Source of the DNA: an uncultured Acidimicrobiia bacterium | Lineage (GTDB): Bacteria; Actinomycetota; Acidimicrobiia; Acidimicrobiales; AC-14 | Length of the DNA stretch: 64,000 nucleotides | Assembly (NCBI GenBank): GCA_963836205.1 | Contig: CAWIIV010000007.1 | Location: 32,001-96,000, forward strand | Reading direction: 5' to 3' | Part shown: piece after piece, positions 38,853 to 47,934 of the stretch | Numbering within the stretch: the stretch's first letter is position 1 | Layout of the letters: the number at the start of each line of letters is the position of its first letter | Translations under genes and position numbers: made by a program | The notes under the pieces: model-generated | Seen by the model: the letters and a program-made list of their open reading frames with translations, nothing else | Database searches by the model: none | Told to the model about the DNA's origin: nothing

Positions 38853-38957
38853 TACCGGGCGGGAGCGATGGCCGCTCCCAAGTCACCGGCGCCACTGGTT
38901 CGGCGACGGAGGTGGCCGGTCGCGGGGCGGCCGTCGGCGGGGTGGAACAGTGGTGGC

Positions 38958-40070
38958 GTGGGCCGTCGCCGGGTGCCGAGGTCGCTCCGGCGGGTGGCGA
39001 CCGTGCTCATCGTGGTGGTGGTGATCGAGTACTTGGTCCTGCCCCAGATCGCGGGCGCCCGCCATTCCCTCGACCTGCTGGCCTCGGTCAGCATCCCCTA
39101 CCTGGTGGCCGGCGTCCTCTTGGAGGCGGCCGCCATCGGCGCCTACGCCAAGCTCACCCAGGCCACCCTGCCCGCCATCGGCCGCCCGCCCCTGCCCACC
39201 CTCCTGCGCATCGACCTGTCGACCATGGCCGCCAGCCACATCGTCCCCGGGGGCTCGGCGGCCGGCGCCGGCCTCGGCTATCGGCTCCTCACCGAGGCGG
39301 GGGTGAGCGGCACGAACGCCGGCTTCGCCCTCGCCACCCAGGGCCTGGGCTCGGCCGTCGTCCTCAACCTGATCCTCTGGCTGGGGCTGCTCGTCTCGAT
39401 CCCCCGCCGGGGCTTCAACCCCCTCTATCTCACCGCGGCCGTGGTCGGGGCGGTCTTGATCGGCGGCTTCGCCCTGGCTGTGGTGTCGCTGACCCGGGGC
39501 GAGGAACGTCTCGCCCGGGTGGTGTGCCGGGCCGCCGGCCACGTCCCGATCCTCGACGGCGACGCGGTCGCCCGGGGGCTGAGCCGGGTGGCGGAGCGGC
39601 TGCGGGTGCTGGGGGCCGACCGGAGGCTCCTCCTGCGGGCCGGGTCGTGGGCGACGGCCAACTGGCTGCTGGACGCGGCCTCGCTGTGGGTGTTCGTGGC
39701 CGCCTTCGGCCACCGGGTCGAGCTGGACGGGCTGATCGTCGCTTTCGGGCTGGCCAACGTGCTCGCTGCCGTACCCATCACCCCTGGTGGGTTGGGCGTG
39801 GTGGAGGCGGTGCTGACGTCGGCCCTCGTCGGTTTCGGGACCCCCCGCGGCACCGCGGTCCTGGGTGTGGTCATCTACCGGCTGGTCAACTTCTGGCTGC
39901 CCATCCCGATCGGCGGCCTGGCCTACCTCTCGCTCAAGGTGGGACCGGCCTCGGCCCGGGGCGAGCGGGCGGCCGTGCTGCGACGGGCGGCGGAGGAGTC
40001 GATCGCCGCCGCCGAGGACCCGAGGAAGTGGGCCGAGGACCGCGGCATCAGGCTCCCCCGGGGCGACTAG
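38958..40070 (+). CDS. lysylphosphatidylglycerol synthase TM domain (YbhN/UPF0104) protein
   Basis: PGG, PITPGGLGVVE, YRLVNFWLP; multi-TM. Start approximate. Confidence 0.85.
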   Translation: MGRRRVPRSLRRVATVLIVVVVIEYLVLPQIAGARHSLDLLASVSIPYLVAGVLLEAAAIGAYAKLTQATLPAIGRPPLPTLLRIDLSTMAASHIVPGGSAAGAGLGYRLLTEAGVSGTNAGFALATQGLGSAVVLNLILWLGLLVSIPRRGFNPLYLTAAVVGAVLIGGFALAVVSLTRGEERLARVVCRAAGHVPILDGDAVARGLSRVAERLRVLGADRRLLLRAGSWATANWLLDAASLWVFVAAFGHRVELDGLIVAFGLANVLAAVPITPGGLGVVEAVLTSALVGFGTPRGTAVLGVVIYRLVNFWLPIPIGGLAYLSLKVGPASARGERAAVLRRAAEESIAAAEDPRKWAEDRGIRLPRGD

Positions 40071-40329
40071 TCGTCGTCATCCACGCGGCGGCGGTGGCCA
40101 GGGGCGCGGTGGTGGCCGACCAGAGCACCTCCCGACCCTCACGGCGGGAGTCGACCAGGTCGGCGTCGGCGAGGGACTGGAGGTGGTGGACCACCGCCTG
40201 GCGGCTCATGGGAAGGTCTCGGGCCAGACCGGTGGCCGGCATCGGGCCGCCCTCCACCAGGCGGGTGAGGAGCCACCGGCGGGTGGGGTCGGCCAGGGCC
40301 GCGAAGACTGCGTCGAGGGTGCCGCTCAT
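40048..40329 (-). CDS. ArsR/SmtB family transcriptional regulator
   Basis: VFAALADPTRR.LL..L, SRQAV..HL..L..A.LV...R.GRE. Confidence 0.85.
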   Translation of the reverse strand: MSGTLDAVFAALADPTRRWLLTRLVEGGPMPATGLARDLPMSRQAVVHHLQSLADADLVDSRREGREVLWSATTAPLATAAAWMTTTSRPGGA

Positions 40330-40346
40330 GCAAAGGAATACTTGCA
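40329..40346. promoter_or_regulatory. TGCAA-N8-TTGCA palindrome, probable ArsR autoregulatory operator
   Basis: TGCAAaggaatacTTGCA abutting the ArsR start codon. Confidence 0.6.
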
Positions 40347-40372
40347 CGTCGGCCGACCCGGAGGCCGGAGCC

Positions 40373-40597
40373 CTAGACCCGGCGGTCCGACTCGGCCAGC
40401 GCGGCCAGGATCAGGGACCACGACGCCAGGCCGTGCTCGCACCACTGGTCCGGGGCCACCAGGCACTCGTCGGGGCACCGGCAGACGCCGTCGGCCACCC
40501 ACTCGGCCAGGGTGTCGTCGTCGGGGGGCGCCCACCCGGTGTTGACCTCGAACCACTCATGGGCCCGGCGCACGGCGGCGGCGGCGGCGGAGGTCAC
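40373..40597 (-). CDS. small Cys/His-rich protein
   Basis: CRCPDECLVAPDQWCEHG..SW; directly follows the lipoprotein gene. Confidence 0.65.
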   Translation of the reverse strand: MTSAAAAAVRRAHEWFEVNTGWAPPDDDTLAEWVADGVCRCPDECLVAPDQWCEHGLASWSLILAALAESDRRV

Positions 40598-40604
40598 CCC
40601 GACG

Positions 40605-41147
40605 TCAAACCGCCCCGTCGATCACCGTGCGCCCGCCGAGGGGGGCGGTCAGGGTGACGGTGGCCGACTTCAGCTGGGCGATCATGATGCACATCGTCTC
40701 GCCACCGGCGGCCTTCTCGTAGATGGTGACCCGTACCGAGTCGGCGCCCTCGTCGGCCACGATCGAGTCGAAGACCGAGCACGGCTCGACCCCCGCGTAG
40801 TAGGTGAAGGTGAGGGTGGCCCCGTCGGCCCCGACCGTGTAGTCCTCCCACCGGTGGGGCTGGCCGCGGTCGCCGGGGATCGTCGTGGTCGGCGAGGGAT
40901 CCTCGTCGGCCGGCGGGCTGGTCGGCGCCGGCCCCGGCGTCGGCGTCGGCCCGGGGGCCGGTGCCGTCGAGGTCTGGCCCGACGGGACGGTGGTGACGAC
41001 GGTCGAGCCGGTCGTGGCCGTTGTCCGCCCGGCGCGCACCTCCTCGTCCGGATTCGAGTCGGCGCAGCCGGCCAGCGCGAGCGCCAGTGAGACGCCTGCC
41101 GCGGCGAGCATCCGGCCGGGGGTGAGGGTCCACGTGCGAGTGGTCAT
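40605..41147 (-). CDS. lipoprotein with Pro/Thr linker
   Basis: Lipobox LAGC; domain with two Cys (GVEPC, CIMIA) ending L.APLGGRTVIDGA. Confidence 0.75.
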   Translation of the reverse strand: MTTRTWTLTPGRMLAAAGVSLALALAGCADSNPDEEVRAGRTTATTGSTVVTTVPSGQTSTAPAPGPTPTPGPAPTSPPADEDPSPTTTIPGDRGQPHRWEDYTVGADGATLTFTYYAGVEPCSVFDSIVADEGADSVRVTIYEKAAGGETMCIMIAQLKSATVTLTAPLGGRTVIDGAV

Positions 41148-41577
41148 GTGCTTTGGACGACCGTCGGCGGCGTCAAGTTCCCTTCCCGGGACGGGCGGCG
41201 CGTAAGCGCCCCGCTCGCCTGACGGCGGATCAGGCGAGGCGGGGCGCACCAGATCTTGTCAGGTGTGGCCTCCGGGGGCAACGCAGGGTGTCGGAGATGG
41301 GGCTCCGGTTGCGGTGCGGTTGCGGAGGATCCGTATGGTCCACGGCAGGGACGTAGGCACGACGGACTTTCCAGGTCATCGGCGAAGAACGACGGAGCCG
41401 ATGACGTGGGTTGGGAATGTTGCCACCGCCGATGCCGGCCCGGTGGGGGCGGCCGGAGAACCGGCACGCTTGCTCGCGGCATCGGCGGGGTCCCGCCCCT
41501 GATGGCGCGCGGCTCCTTGTGGCACCCTTAAGAGCCCTCCGAACAGGCGTGATGGCAGACGAAGGGGCTCCCGTAAG

Positions 41578-44500
41578 GTGCGGATCTCTCTCAGCGGTCC
41601 CATGTCGATCGAGCTCGGCGACACCGTGGTGGAGGAGAATCGCCTCGGTGGGGCCCGGGCCCGGCTGGCCTTCGCGGTCCTCGTCCTCGAGCGGCCCCGG
41701 CCCGTCGACCGCCACCATCTGGCCGAGGTCTTGTGGCCCGACGCGCTCCCCGCCTCCTGGGAGGCGGCGCTGCGGGTCGTCATGAGCCGGGTGCGGGCCT
41801 TTCTCGGCGCCGCCGGCCTGCCCGCCGCTCAGGTCCTCACCAACAGCTACGGCTGCTACCGGTTGAGCCTGCCCGACGACGTCGTGGTCGACGTGGAGGT
41901 GGCCGCGGCGGCGGTGGAGGCGGCCGAGGCGGCCTGGGCTGCGGGGGCGCCGGAGCCGGCCCTCGCCGCGTCCGCCGAGGTGCGGGCCATCACCGCCCGG
42001 CCGTTCATCGGCGGGGCCGAGGGCGAGTGGACCGACGCCGTCCGGCGCCGCCTGGGCGCGCAGCGGGCGCGGGCCCTCGACGTCATGGTGCGGGCCTCGA
42101 TTCACCTCGGGGACGCGGCGCTGGCCATCGACGCGGCCCAGGAGTTGCTGAGCCTCGACCCTTACCGCGACACCAGCCACGTCCTGATCATGCAGGCCCA
42201 CCGGGCGGCCGGGAACCGGGCCGAGGCGCTGCGGGCCTACGGCTGGTGCCGCCACGTGCTGGCCGAGGAGCTGGGCGTCGACCCGTCCCCCGAGACCGAG
42301 TCCCTCTACCGCTCGCTCCTGCGGGAGGAGCACGGAGGCGACGCGGGCCGCGACGCGGTGTGGCTGCCCTCGTCCGCCGACCGGCCGCCCGACAACCTCC
42401 CGTCCCGGCTCAGCACCTTCGTCGGTCGCGACCGGGAGCTGCGGGAGATCGGGAAGCTGCTGGAGGGAGAGCGCCTGGTCACCCTCACCGGCCCCGCGGG
42501 ATCCGGCAAGACCCGCCTGGCCCTCGAGGTCACGTCCCGCTCACTGGCCGCCCATGCCGACGGCACGTGGTTCGTCGACCTGGGCCGGCTGTCCGACGAG
42601 GCCCTGGTGGCCCGGGCTTTCGCGGCGGCGGTGGGGGTGGTGGAGCAGCCCCCCCGGGCCCTCGTCGACACGCTCGTCGACCACCTCCGGCCCCGGGATG
42701 CGATCCTCGTGGTCGACAACTGCGAGCACGTGTTGGACGCAGCCGCCACCCTGGTCGATGCCCTCCTCCGGACCTGTCCCCTGCTGTGGGTGCTCGCCAC
42801 CAGCCGGGAGCCGCTGGGCGTCCCCGGTGAGGTCGTGTGGCGGGTGCCGCCGTTGTCGACCCCGGAGCCAGGAGCGGCAGCCGGTTCCATCGAGGCCCTG
42901 TTGGAGTACGAGGCGCCCCGGCTGTTCGTCGATCGCAGCCGGGCCCTGGCCGCCGACCGGGCGCTCACCGACGCCGACGCCCACGCCCTGGCCCAGATCT
43001 GCGTCCGCCTCGACGGCATCCCCCTCGCCATCGAGCTGGCCGCGGCCTGCACCACTGCCCTGAGCGTGGAGCAGATCTCCCTCCGCCTCGACGACCGCTT
43101 CCGGCTGCTCACCCTCGGCCCCCGCACCGCCCAGGCCCGCCACCAGACCCTCCAGCGGGCGGTGGAGTGGAGCCACGACCTGCTCACGCCCCGCCACCAG
43201 GTGCTGCTGCGGCGCCTGTCGGTGCTGGCCGGCGGCTTTACCCTGGAGGCGGCGGAGGACGTCGGCGCCGGGGGCGACCCGGCGGGCGATGGCCGTGCTG
43301 CCGGTGTCGAAATCGGCCGGGCCGACGTCCTCGACCTGCTCATCGGGCTGGTCAACGCGTCGTTGGTGGTCAGCCGCATCGCCGGCGGCCCGGCCCGCTA
43401 CGGGTTCCTGGAGACCATCCGCCACTTCGCCCGCGACCGGCTGGTGGAGTCGGATGAGGAGGCCGCAATCCGCGACGCCCACCTGGCGTGGTGCGTCTCG
43501 CTGGCGACGGAGGCGGAGCCGGAGCTGAGCGGGCCCGACCAGGAGGCGTGGTTCCGGCGGGTCGACGTCGAGCTCGACAACCTCCGGGGCGCCCTCGATT
43601 GGGCCTGCCGCCAGGGGGCAGCCGCGCCCGCCGTCCGCATCGCGGGTGCGCTCACCCTCTACTGGCACGTGCGGGGCTACTACCCGGAGGGTCGGCGGTG
43701 GACGGAGGCGGCCCTGGCCATCGGCGGCGACGTCCCGCCTCTTCTGCGGGCCAGGGCGCTGTGGGAACTCGGGTTCCTGTCCTTCTATCTGGGCGACGTC
43801 GCCGTCACCGTTCCCGCCATCGAGGAATGCCTGGGCCTGGCCCGGGCCGAGGGGGCGGCGGTGGAGACGGCTCGGGCGCTGGCCATGATGGGCGACCTGG
43901 CCGCGGCCCAGGACGTGCCTGCGGCCCACTCGATCCTCGCCGAGAGCGTGGATCTGGCTCGCAGCACGGGCGACTCGTGGTGCCTCTCCTACTCGCTGGC
44001 CAGCCGGGCGTGGGCCGAGTTCTACCGGGGCCCGTCGGCGGCGGGCCGGCGCTTCATCGAAGAGGCGATGGAGGTCGCCCGCCGGGCCGACGACACCCGC
44101 AACCTGCTGCGGGGCTCGGTGTGCATGGCCTGGGGCGCCCTCCTGGAAGGCGATTTCTCCACCGGCGGCGCCGCCGAGCAGGCGCTCGACCTGGGCTCCA
44201 CCCTGGCTCGGCGCCTGGGCGACCTGGGCTGGACCGGGCTCACGCTCCACGGCCAGGGCGAGCTCGCCTGGCGCCGGGGCGACTACGACCGCGCCGGTCG
44301 CCTGCTGGAGGAGAGCGCCGAGATCGGCCGCCGGCTGGGCTCGCCCTACGCCCTGGCCCCGCCGTACGGGCTGCTCGGGCGCCGGGCCAAGGCCATGGGC
44401 GACCTGGACGAGGCGGCCACCTGGTTCGAGGCTGCCCTCGACCTCTCCCGCCAGGCGGGGATCCACCTGTTCGTCCCGTGGTGGGTCGGGGGTCGGGCCG

Positions 44501-44991
44501 ACGTCTACCGGCTGGCGGGCGACCACGAGTCCGCCCGCACGTGGCTGGCCGAGGCCCGCTCGCTGGCGGAGGCGGTGGGCAACGAGCCGGTGGTGGCCCA
44601 CACCGTCTGGGCCCGCGGCGAGATGGCCCGGGTCGAGGGCCGGGTGGGCGAGGCCGACGGCCTGCACCGGGAGGCGCTGCGGCGGGCGCAGGCGGTGGGC
44701 GACGGGAATGCCATCCTCGACTCCCTCGAGGCCCTGGCCGGGCTGGCCGCCGCTCGGGGCCAGGCGGCACGCGCCGTCCGCCTGCTGGCCGCGGCCGGCG
44801 CCCACCGGTCGCTCACCCGCTGCGCCCGGGCCGCCGTGGCCCGAGCGGGCTACGACGCCGACCTGGCCGCGGCCCGGGCCGGCCTGTCCGACGACGCCTT
44901 CGCCCAGGCGTGGGCCGAGGGCCAACGGCTGTCCCGAGTCGACGCGGTTGCCCTCGCCCTGGGCGACGTCGACCGGCCGGCCGCGGTTTGA
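41578..44991 (+). CDS. AfsR/SARP-type regulator: wHTH, BTAD, STAND-like ATPase and TPR
   Basis: L...LWP, AGNRAEALRAY..LAEELGVDPSPET (BTAD), FVGR, GPAGSGKT, DNCEH, LATSREPL, LDGIPLAIELAA, TPR tail. Confidence 0.92.
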   Translation: MRISLSGPMSIELGDTVVEENRLGGARARLAFAVLVLERPRPVDRHHLAEVLWPDALPASWEAALRVVMSRVRAFLGAAGLPAAQVLTNSYGCYRLSLPDDVVVDVEVAAAAVEAAEAAWAAGAPEPALAASAEVRAITARPFIGGAEGEWTDAVRRRLGAQRARALDVMVRASIHLGDAALAIDAAQELLSLDPYRDTSHVLIMQAHRAAGNRAEALRAYGWCRHVLAEELGVDPSPETESLYRSLLREEHGGDAGRDAVWLPSSADRPPDNLPSRLSTFVGRDRELREIGKLLEGERLVTLTGPAGSGKTRLALEVTSRSLAAHADGTWFVDLGRLSDEALVARAFAAAVGVVEQPPRALVDTLVDHLRPRDAILVVDNCEHVLDAAATLVDALLRTCPLLWVLATSREPLGVPGEVVWRVPPLSTPEPGAAAGSIEALLEYEAPRLFVDRSRALAADRALTDADAHALAQICVRLDGIPLAIELAAACTTALSVEQISLRLDDRFRLLTLGPRTAQARHQTLQRAVEWSHDLLTPRHQVLLRRLSVLAGGFTLEAAEDVGAGGDPAGDGRAAGVEIGRADVLDLLIGLVNASLVVSRIAGGPARYGFLETIRHFARDRLVESDEEAAIRDAHLAWCVSLATEAEPELSGPDQEAWFRRVDVELDNLRGALDWACRQGAAAPAVRIAGALTLYWHVRGYYPEGRRWTEAALAIGGDVPPLLRARALWELGFLSFYLGDVAVTVPAIEECLGLARAEGAAVETARALAMMGDLAAAQDVPAAHSILAESVDLARSTGDSWCLSYSLASRAWAEFYRGPSAAGRRFIEEAMEVARRADDTRNLLRGSVCMAWGALLEGDFSTGGAAEQALDLGSTLARRLGDLGWTGLTLHGQGELAWRRGDYDRAGRLLEESAEIGRRLGSPYALAPPYGLLGRRAKAMGDLDEAATWFEAALDLSRQAGIHLFVPWWVGGRADVYRLAGDHESARTWLAEARSLAEAVGNEPVVAHTVWARGEMARVEGRVGEADGLHREALRRAQAVGDGNAILDSLEALAGLAAARGQAARAVRLLAAAGAHRSLTRCARAAVARAGYDADLAAARAGLSDDAFAQAWAEGQRLSRVDAVALALGDVDRPAAV

Positions 44992-45013
44992 GCGAATCGA
45001 AGACGGGAGGAAC

Positions 45014-45262
45014 GTGGCCGAGAGCCTGCAGGAGGCCCGCAAGAAGCTGGAGGACGAGTTCGGGCAGGTGCGGCGGCATCTGGACAAGATCCACGACGCC
45101 CTCGACCGGGTGGAGGCGGCCGGTCCCGAGGACGACCTCACGGGGTTGCTCGACGACCTGGAGAAGGTGGTGAAGGAGATGCGCGACGGCGGCGTTCTCG
45201 GCTCCGGCGCCCACGGCCACAAGCGGGCCCGCAAGGAGTACCTGAAGCTCAAGGAAGGCTGA
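45014..45262 (+). CDS. small helical hypothetical protein
   Basis: GGGAGG RBS plus GTG; 82 aa, GC3-rich. Confidence 0.7.
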   Translation: MAESLQEARKKLEDEFGQVRRHLDKIHDALDRVEAAGPEDDLTGLLDDLEKVVKEMRDGGVLGSGAHGHKRARKEYLKLKEG

Positions 45263-45339
45263 CCGCCGGGAGGAGGGGTGGCGACGGTCCGAGGAGGCCG
45301 GGAGGGAGTCCTGCGCAGCGGGTGTTCGCGTAGGTTGCC
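45262..45339 (-). ncRNA. candidate small RNA with C-rich anti-SD loops
   Basis: Minus strand: hairpin ACCGTCG-ccacccctcctcc-CGGCGGT plus CTCCCTCCC and CCTCCTC tracts. Confidence 0.35.
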
Positions 45340-45431
45340 TTGGGAGTACCGGCCTCCCCAGGCCGTCGCATCAAAACACGTCGTCAACTCGGGCCCGCGG
45401 CTTGAGCGAAAACTCACGGTAGGTTCGGCCC

Positions 45432-45638
45432 GTGTTCCTGGGTGAAGACCTCCTGCCCTACCTCCTGCTCGCCCTCGGCGGGGCCCTGGTGTTCGGCAAC
45501 GTGCTCGCCCTCGCCCGGCCGCCCCGGGAGGCCAAGGACGGCGACCTGCCCCGCCCACCCCTCGGCCGGAGCGTCGTGATGATCGTCATCGGCCTGGTGA
45601 CGGCCATCTGGGCGCTGGCCAGCCTCGTCTCCGGCTGA
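45432..45638 (+). CDS. small two-TM membrane protein
   Basis: MFLGEDLLPYLLLALGGAL..GN..AL...W.LASL; -10-like TAGGTT 6 nt upstream. Confidence 0.7.
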   Translation: MFLGEDLLPYLLLALGGALVFGNVLALARPPREAKDGDLPRPPLGRSVVMIVIGLVTAIWALASLVSG

Positions 45639-45671
45639 CCTCAGCCCGTCCGCCTCGCGGGCTTGCGGTCG

Positions 45672-45716
45672 TGGGCATGAAAAGGGGTGTCTGACGCACC
45701 TTTTCCTGCCCAAGAA
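45672..45716. repeat. REP-like hairpin, family B copy 1
   Basis: TGGGCATGAAAAGGGG...GCACCTTTTCCTGCCCAAGAA. Confidence 0.75.
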
Positions 45717-45833
45717 GGTTGATCGCGTCGCGTGATCGCCGACGCCTGACACGCCAGAGGACGGTCGGCCGGACTCGTCCCGCCCCGGACTCGACGCGCC
45801 GTCGGGCTGCCGCCCGCCCTGTCGCCGATTCGC

Positions 45834-46691
45834 TCAGGTGCCGGCGGCCGCCTGCTCGAGGGCGGTGGCCTGGCGTTCGGCCTCGTGGGCCGCGTCGCGC
45901 AGCTCGCGGGCGGCCCGGCGGGAGTCGACGGCCGTCTTGCGAGCCCGGATCACCTCCTCCTCCAGCCGTTCACGTTCGCGCTCGGCGTGCTCGGCCGCGT
46001 CCCGGGCCTGGTCGGCGAGGGTCCGGGCCCGGGTGGCCGCGGTCCGGGCCGTCACCGCCCGCTGGCGGGCCTCCTCCGCCCGCCGGGCCCGTTCCGCCGC
46101 CACCCGCTCCGCCTCCTCGTCCGCGGGCGGGGTGGTGGTGGCCTTGGCCTTGGCCGGCGGGGCGACAGGGCGCGGCGTGGGCGTGGTCGCCGTTGCCGTC
46201 CAGTCGAGCTCGCCGAAGCCGCTCGGCGGATCGAGCTCCTTGGACAGGCGGCCGGCGACCACGTCGGCGGCCACGTCGGGATCGAGGGAGGCGGCGTCGA
46301 GGGTGGCCGCGATCCCGTCCCGGTGGGCGTCGCCCGATCGTCCCGACTCGGTGAGGATGGCGACCGCCCGGTCGGCCAGGTCGGCGATGGCCTCCCGGCG
46401 GCGGCGTCCGGCGGCGGCGGTGTCGTCGTCGCGCCCGCCGGACAGCAGCCGCTCGTGCGCCCGCCGCAGCTCCGCGCCCCGCTCGACCAAGCCGTCCAGC
46501 TCGTCGGGGTGGCGGCGGGCCAGCTGGTTCACGGCCCAGGCGGCCGCCGTCGGCCGTCGCAGCCCGGCCACCTCCGCCGCGCCCGCCTTGTCGCCCTCCG
46601 CCCGCATCCGCTTCACCAGCGCCTGGCGGGCGGCGACGAACTGGTCCGGGTCGGCCGCGTAGAGAGCGTCGACGTCGTCCTCGACCGCCAT
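45834..46691 (-). CDS. conserved actinobacterial hypothetical protein with coiled-coil C-terminus
   Basis: D.LY...P..FVAAR..L...LRRPT.AAWAVNQLAR. Confidence 0.7.
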   Translation of the reverse strand: MAVEDDVDALYAADPDQFVAARQALVKRMRAEGDKAGAAEVAGLRRPTAAAWAVNQLARRHPDELDGLVERGAELRRAHERLLSGGRDDDTAAAGRRRREAIADLADRAVAILTESGRSGDAHRDGIAATLDAASLDPDVAADVVAGRLSKELDPPSGFGELDWTATATTPTPRPVAPPAKAKATTTPPADEEAERVAAERARRAEEARQRAVTARTAATRARTLADQARDAAEHAERERERLEEEVIRARKTAVDSRRAARELRDAAHEAERQATALEQAAAGT

Positions 46692-46700
46692 CGGGCGACC

Positions 46701-47081
46701 TTACGCCGGGGGCGCCAGCCGGTCGAGGAGCCAGGTGGGCCCCACCACGTCGGCCCCCGCCCGCCGGGCTCGTTGTCCCAGCTCCCGGTCGGCCGACACC
46801 AGCGTCACCAGCTGACCGCCGCCGGTCAGGGCCGCGGCCAGGGCGGCCATGGTGTCGTCGCCCTCACCCCGGGCGTGGACGACCTCCACCCCGCCGACCG
46901 TCCCCTCCTCCACGCCCCGCCGGGCGGCACCCTCCAACACCACGACCACCGGTGTCTCCAGGCGCCCGCCCTCGGCCGCCGCCCGCACCTGGTCGACGAA
47001 CGTGCGGGCCGCGCCCGCCCGGTCGCGCCACCATCCCGTGGGGCGGGAGCCGACCACGTTGGCCGCGTCGACGAGGAGCAT
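46701..47081 (-). CDS. PIN/NYN-like domain protein
   Basis: LLVDAANVVGSRP.GWWRDRAGA, GDD, VSADREL..R, GP.WL. Confidence 0.7.
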   Translation of the reverse strand: MLLVDAANVVGSRPTGWWRDRAGAARTFVDQVRAAAEGGRLETPVVVVLEGAARRGVEEGTVGGVEVVHARGEGDDTMAALAAALTGGGQLVTLVSADRELGQRARRAGADVVGPTWLLDRLAPPA

Positions 47082-47106
47082 CCGGTCGACCTACCGGCGG
47101 GTCGCC

Positions 47107-47934
47107 CTACCGGCGCGTCGCGTAGCCGGCGGCGACGTTGAGGAGGGTGAGGGCGGCGGCGTCGACCGTGACGTGGGCCACGTCGGCCGTGGGATCGACT
47201 TCCACGATGTCGACCGCCCGCACCGACGGGTGGGCGCCGGCGGCGTAGGCGGCGTCGAACACCTCGCCCGGCCGGGCGCCCCCCGGCCGCGAACCCGGGC
47301 AGCCGGGGGCGAAGGCCCGGTCGAGGACGTCGAGGTCGATGTCGACGTAGATGGCGTCGCACCGCCCGGCGAGGATGTCGAGCAGGTCGGGTACGTCCTC
47401 CAGCCGGTTGGGCCCGAGGACGGTGATGCCCGCGGCCAGGCACCACTCGAAGTGGGCCCGGGAGTTGGAGAACCCGTTGATACCAACCTGGATGACGTTG
47501 CCCCCGGGCAGGCCGGCGTCGACCAGCGCCCGCACCGGCGACCCGTTGCCGACCGACCCCGGTTGGTACGGCCGGACGTCGTGGTGGGCGTCGAGCGTGA
47601 GCAGGCCCACCCGATCGAGCTCGGCGCCGGCGAGGGCGTGGAACGTCACCCCGTTGTGCCCGCCCAGGAGGACGGTGAGGGGGGCGGCGAGGGGCGGGGG
47701 CCGCACGTCGTCGCCCACGTCACGCACCTCGACGTGCTCCAGGTCGACCCGCCGAGGGCTTAGCCACGTCGACAGCTTCGCCAGCCGTTCACGCACCGCG
47801 GCCGGCGCCAGGTCGTAGCGCGACGCGGTGACCGCGTGCTCCACGAGGGGAACGCCCGCCACCACCAGGGCGTCGGGGTCGTCGCTCCCGCGGGCCAGCC
47901 ACTCCGACGCCCGGGGCCAGTCGGCCGCATTCAT
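47107..47934 (-). CDS. hutG: formimidoylglutamase (arginase family)
   Basis: DAHHD, NGSP, D.DLDVLD..FAPG, DIVEVDP; last gene of the hut operon. Confidence 0.85.
   Translation of the reverse strand: MNAADWPRASEWLARGSDDPDALVVAGVPLVEHAVTASRYDLAPAAVRERLAKLSTWLSPRRVDLEHVEVRDVGDDVRPPPLAAPLTVLLGGHNGVTFHALAGAELDRVGLLTLDAHHDVRPYQPGSVGNGSPVRALVDAGLPGGNVIQVGINGFSNSRAHFEWCLAAGITVLGPNRLEDVPDLLDILAGRCDAIYVDIDLDVLDRAFAPGCPGSRPGGARPGEVFDAAYAAGAHPSVRAVDIVEVDPTADVAHVTVDAAALTLLNVAAGYATRR

Noticed and set aside
41578-44991. Avs/NLR-like anti-phage STAND protein
   Set aside because: The N-terminus is wHTH-BTAD, a common actinobacterial transcription regulator layout, with no effector domain.
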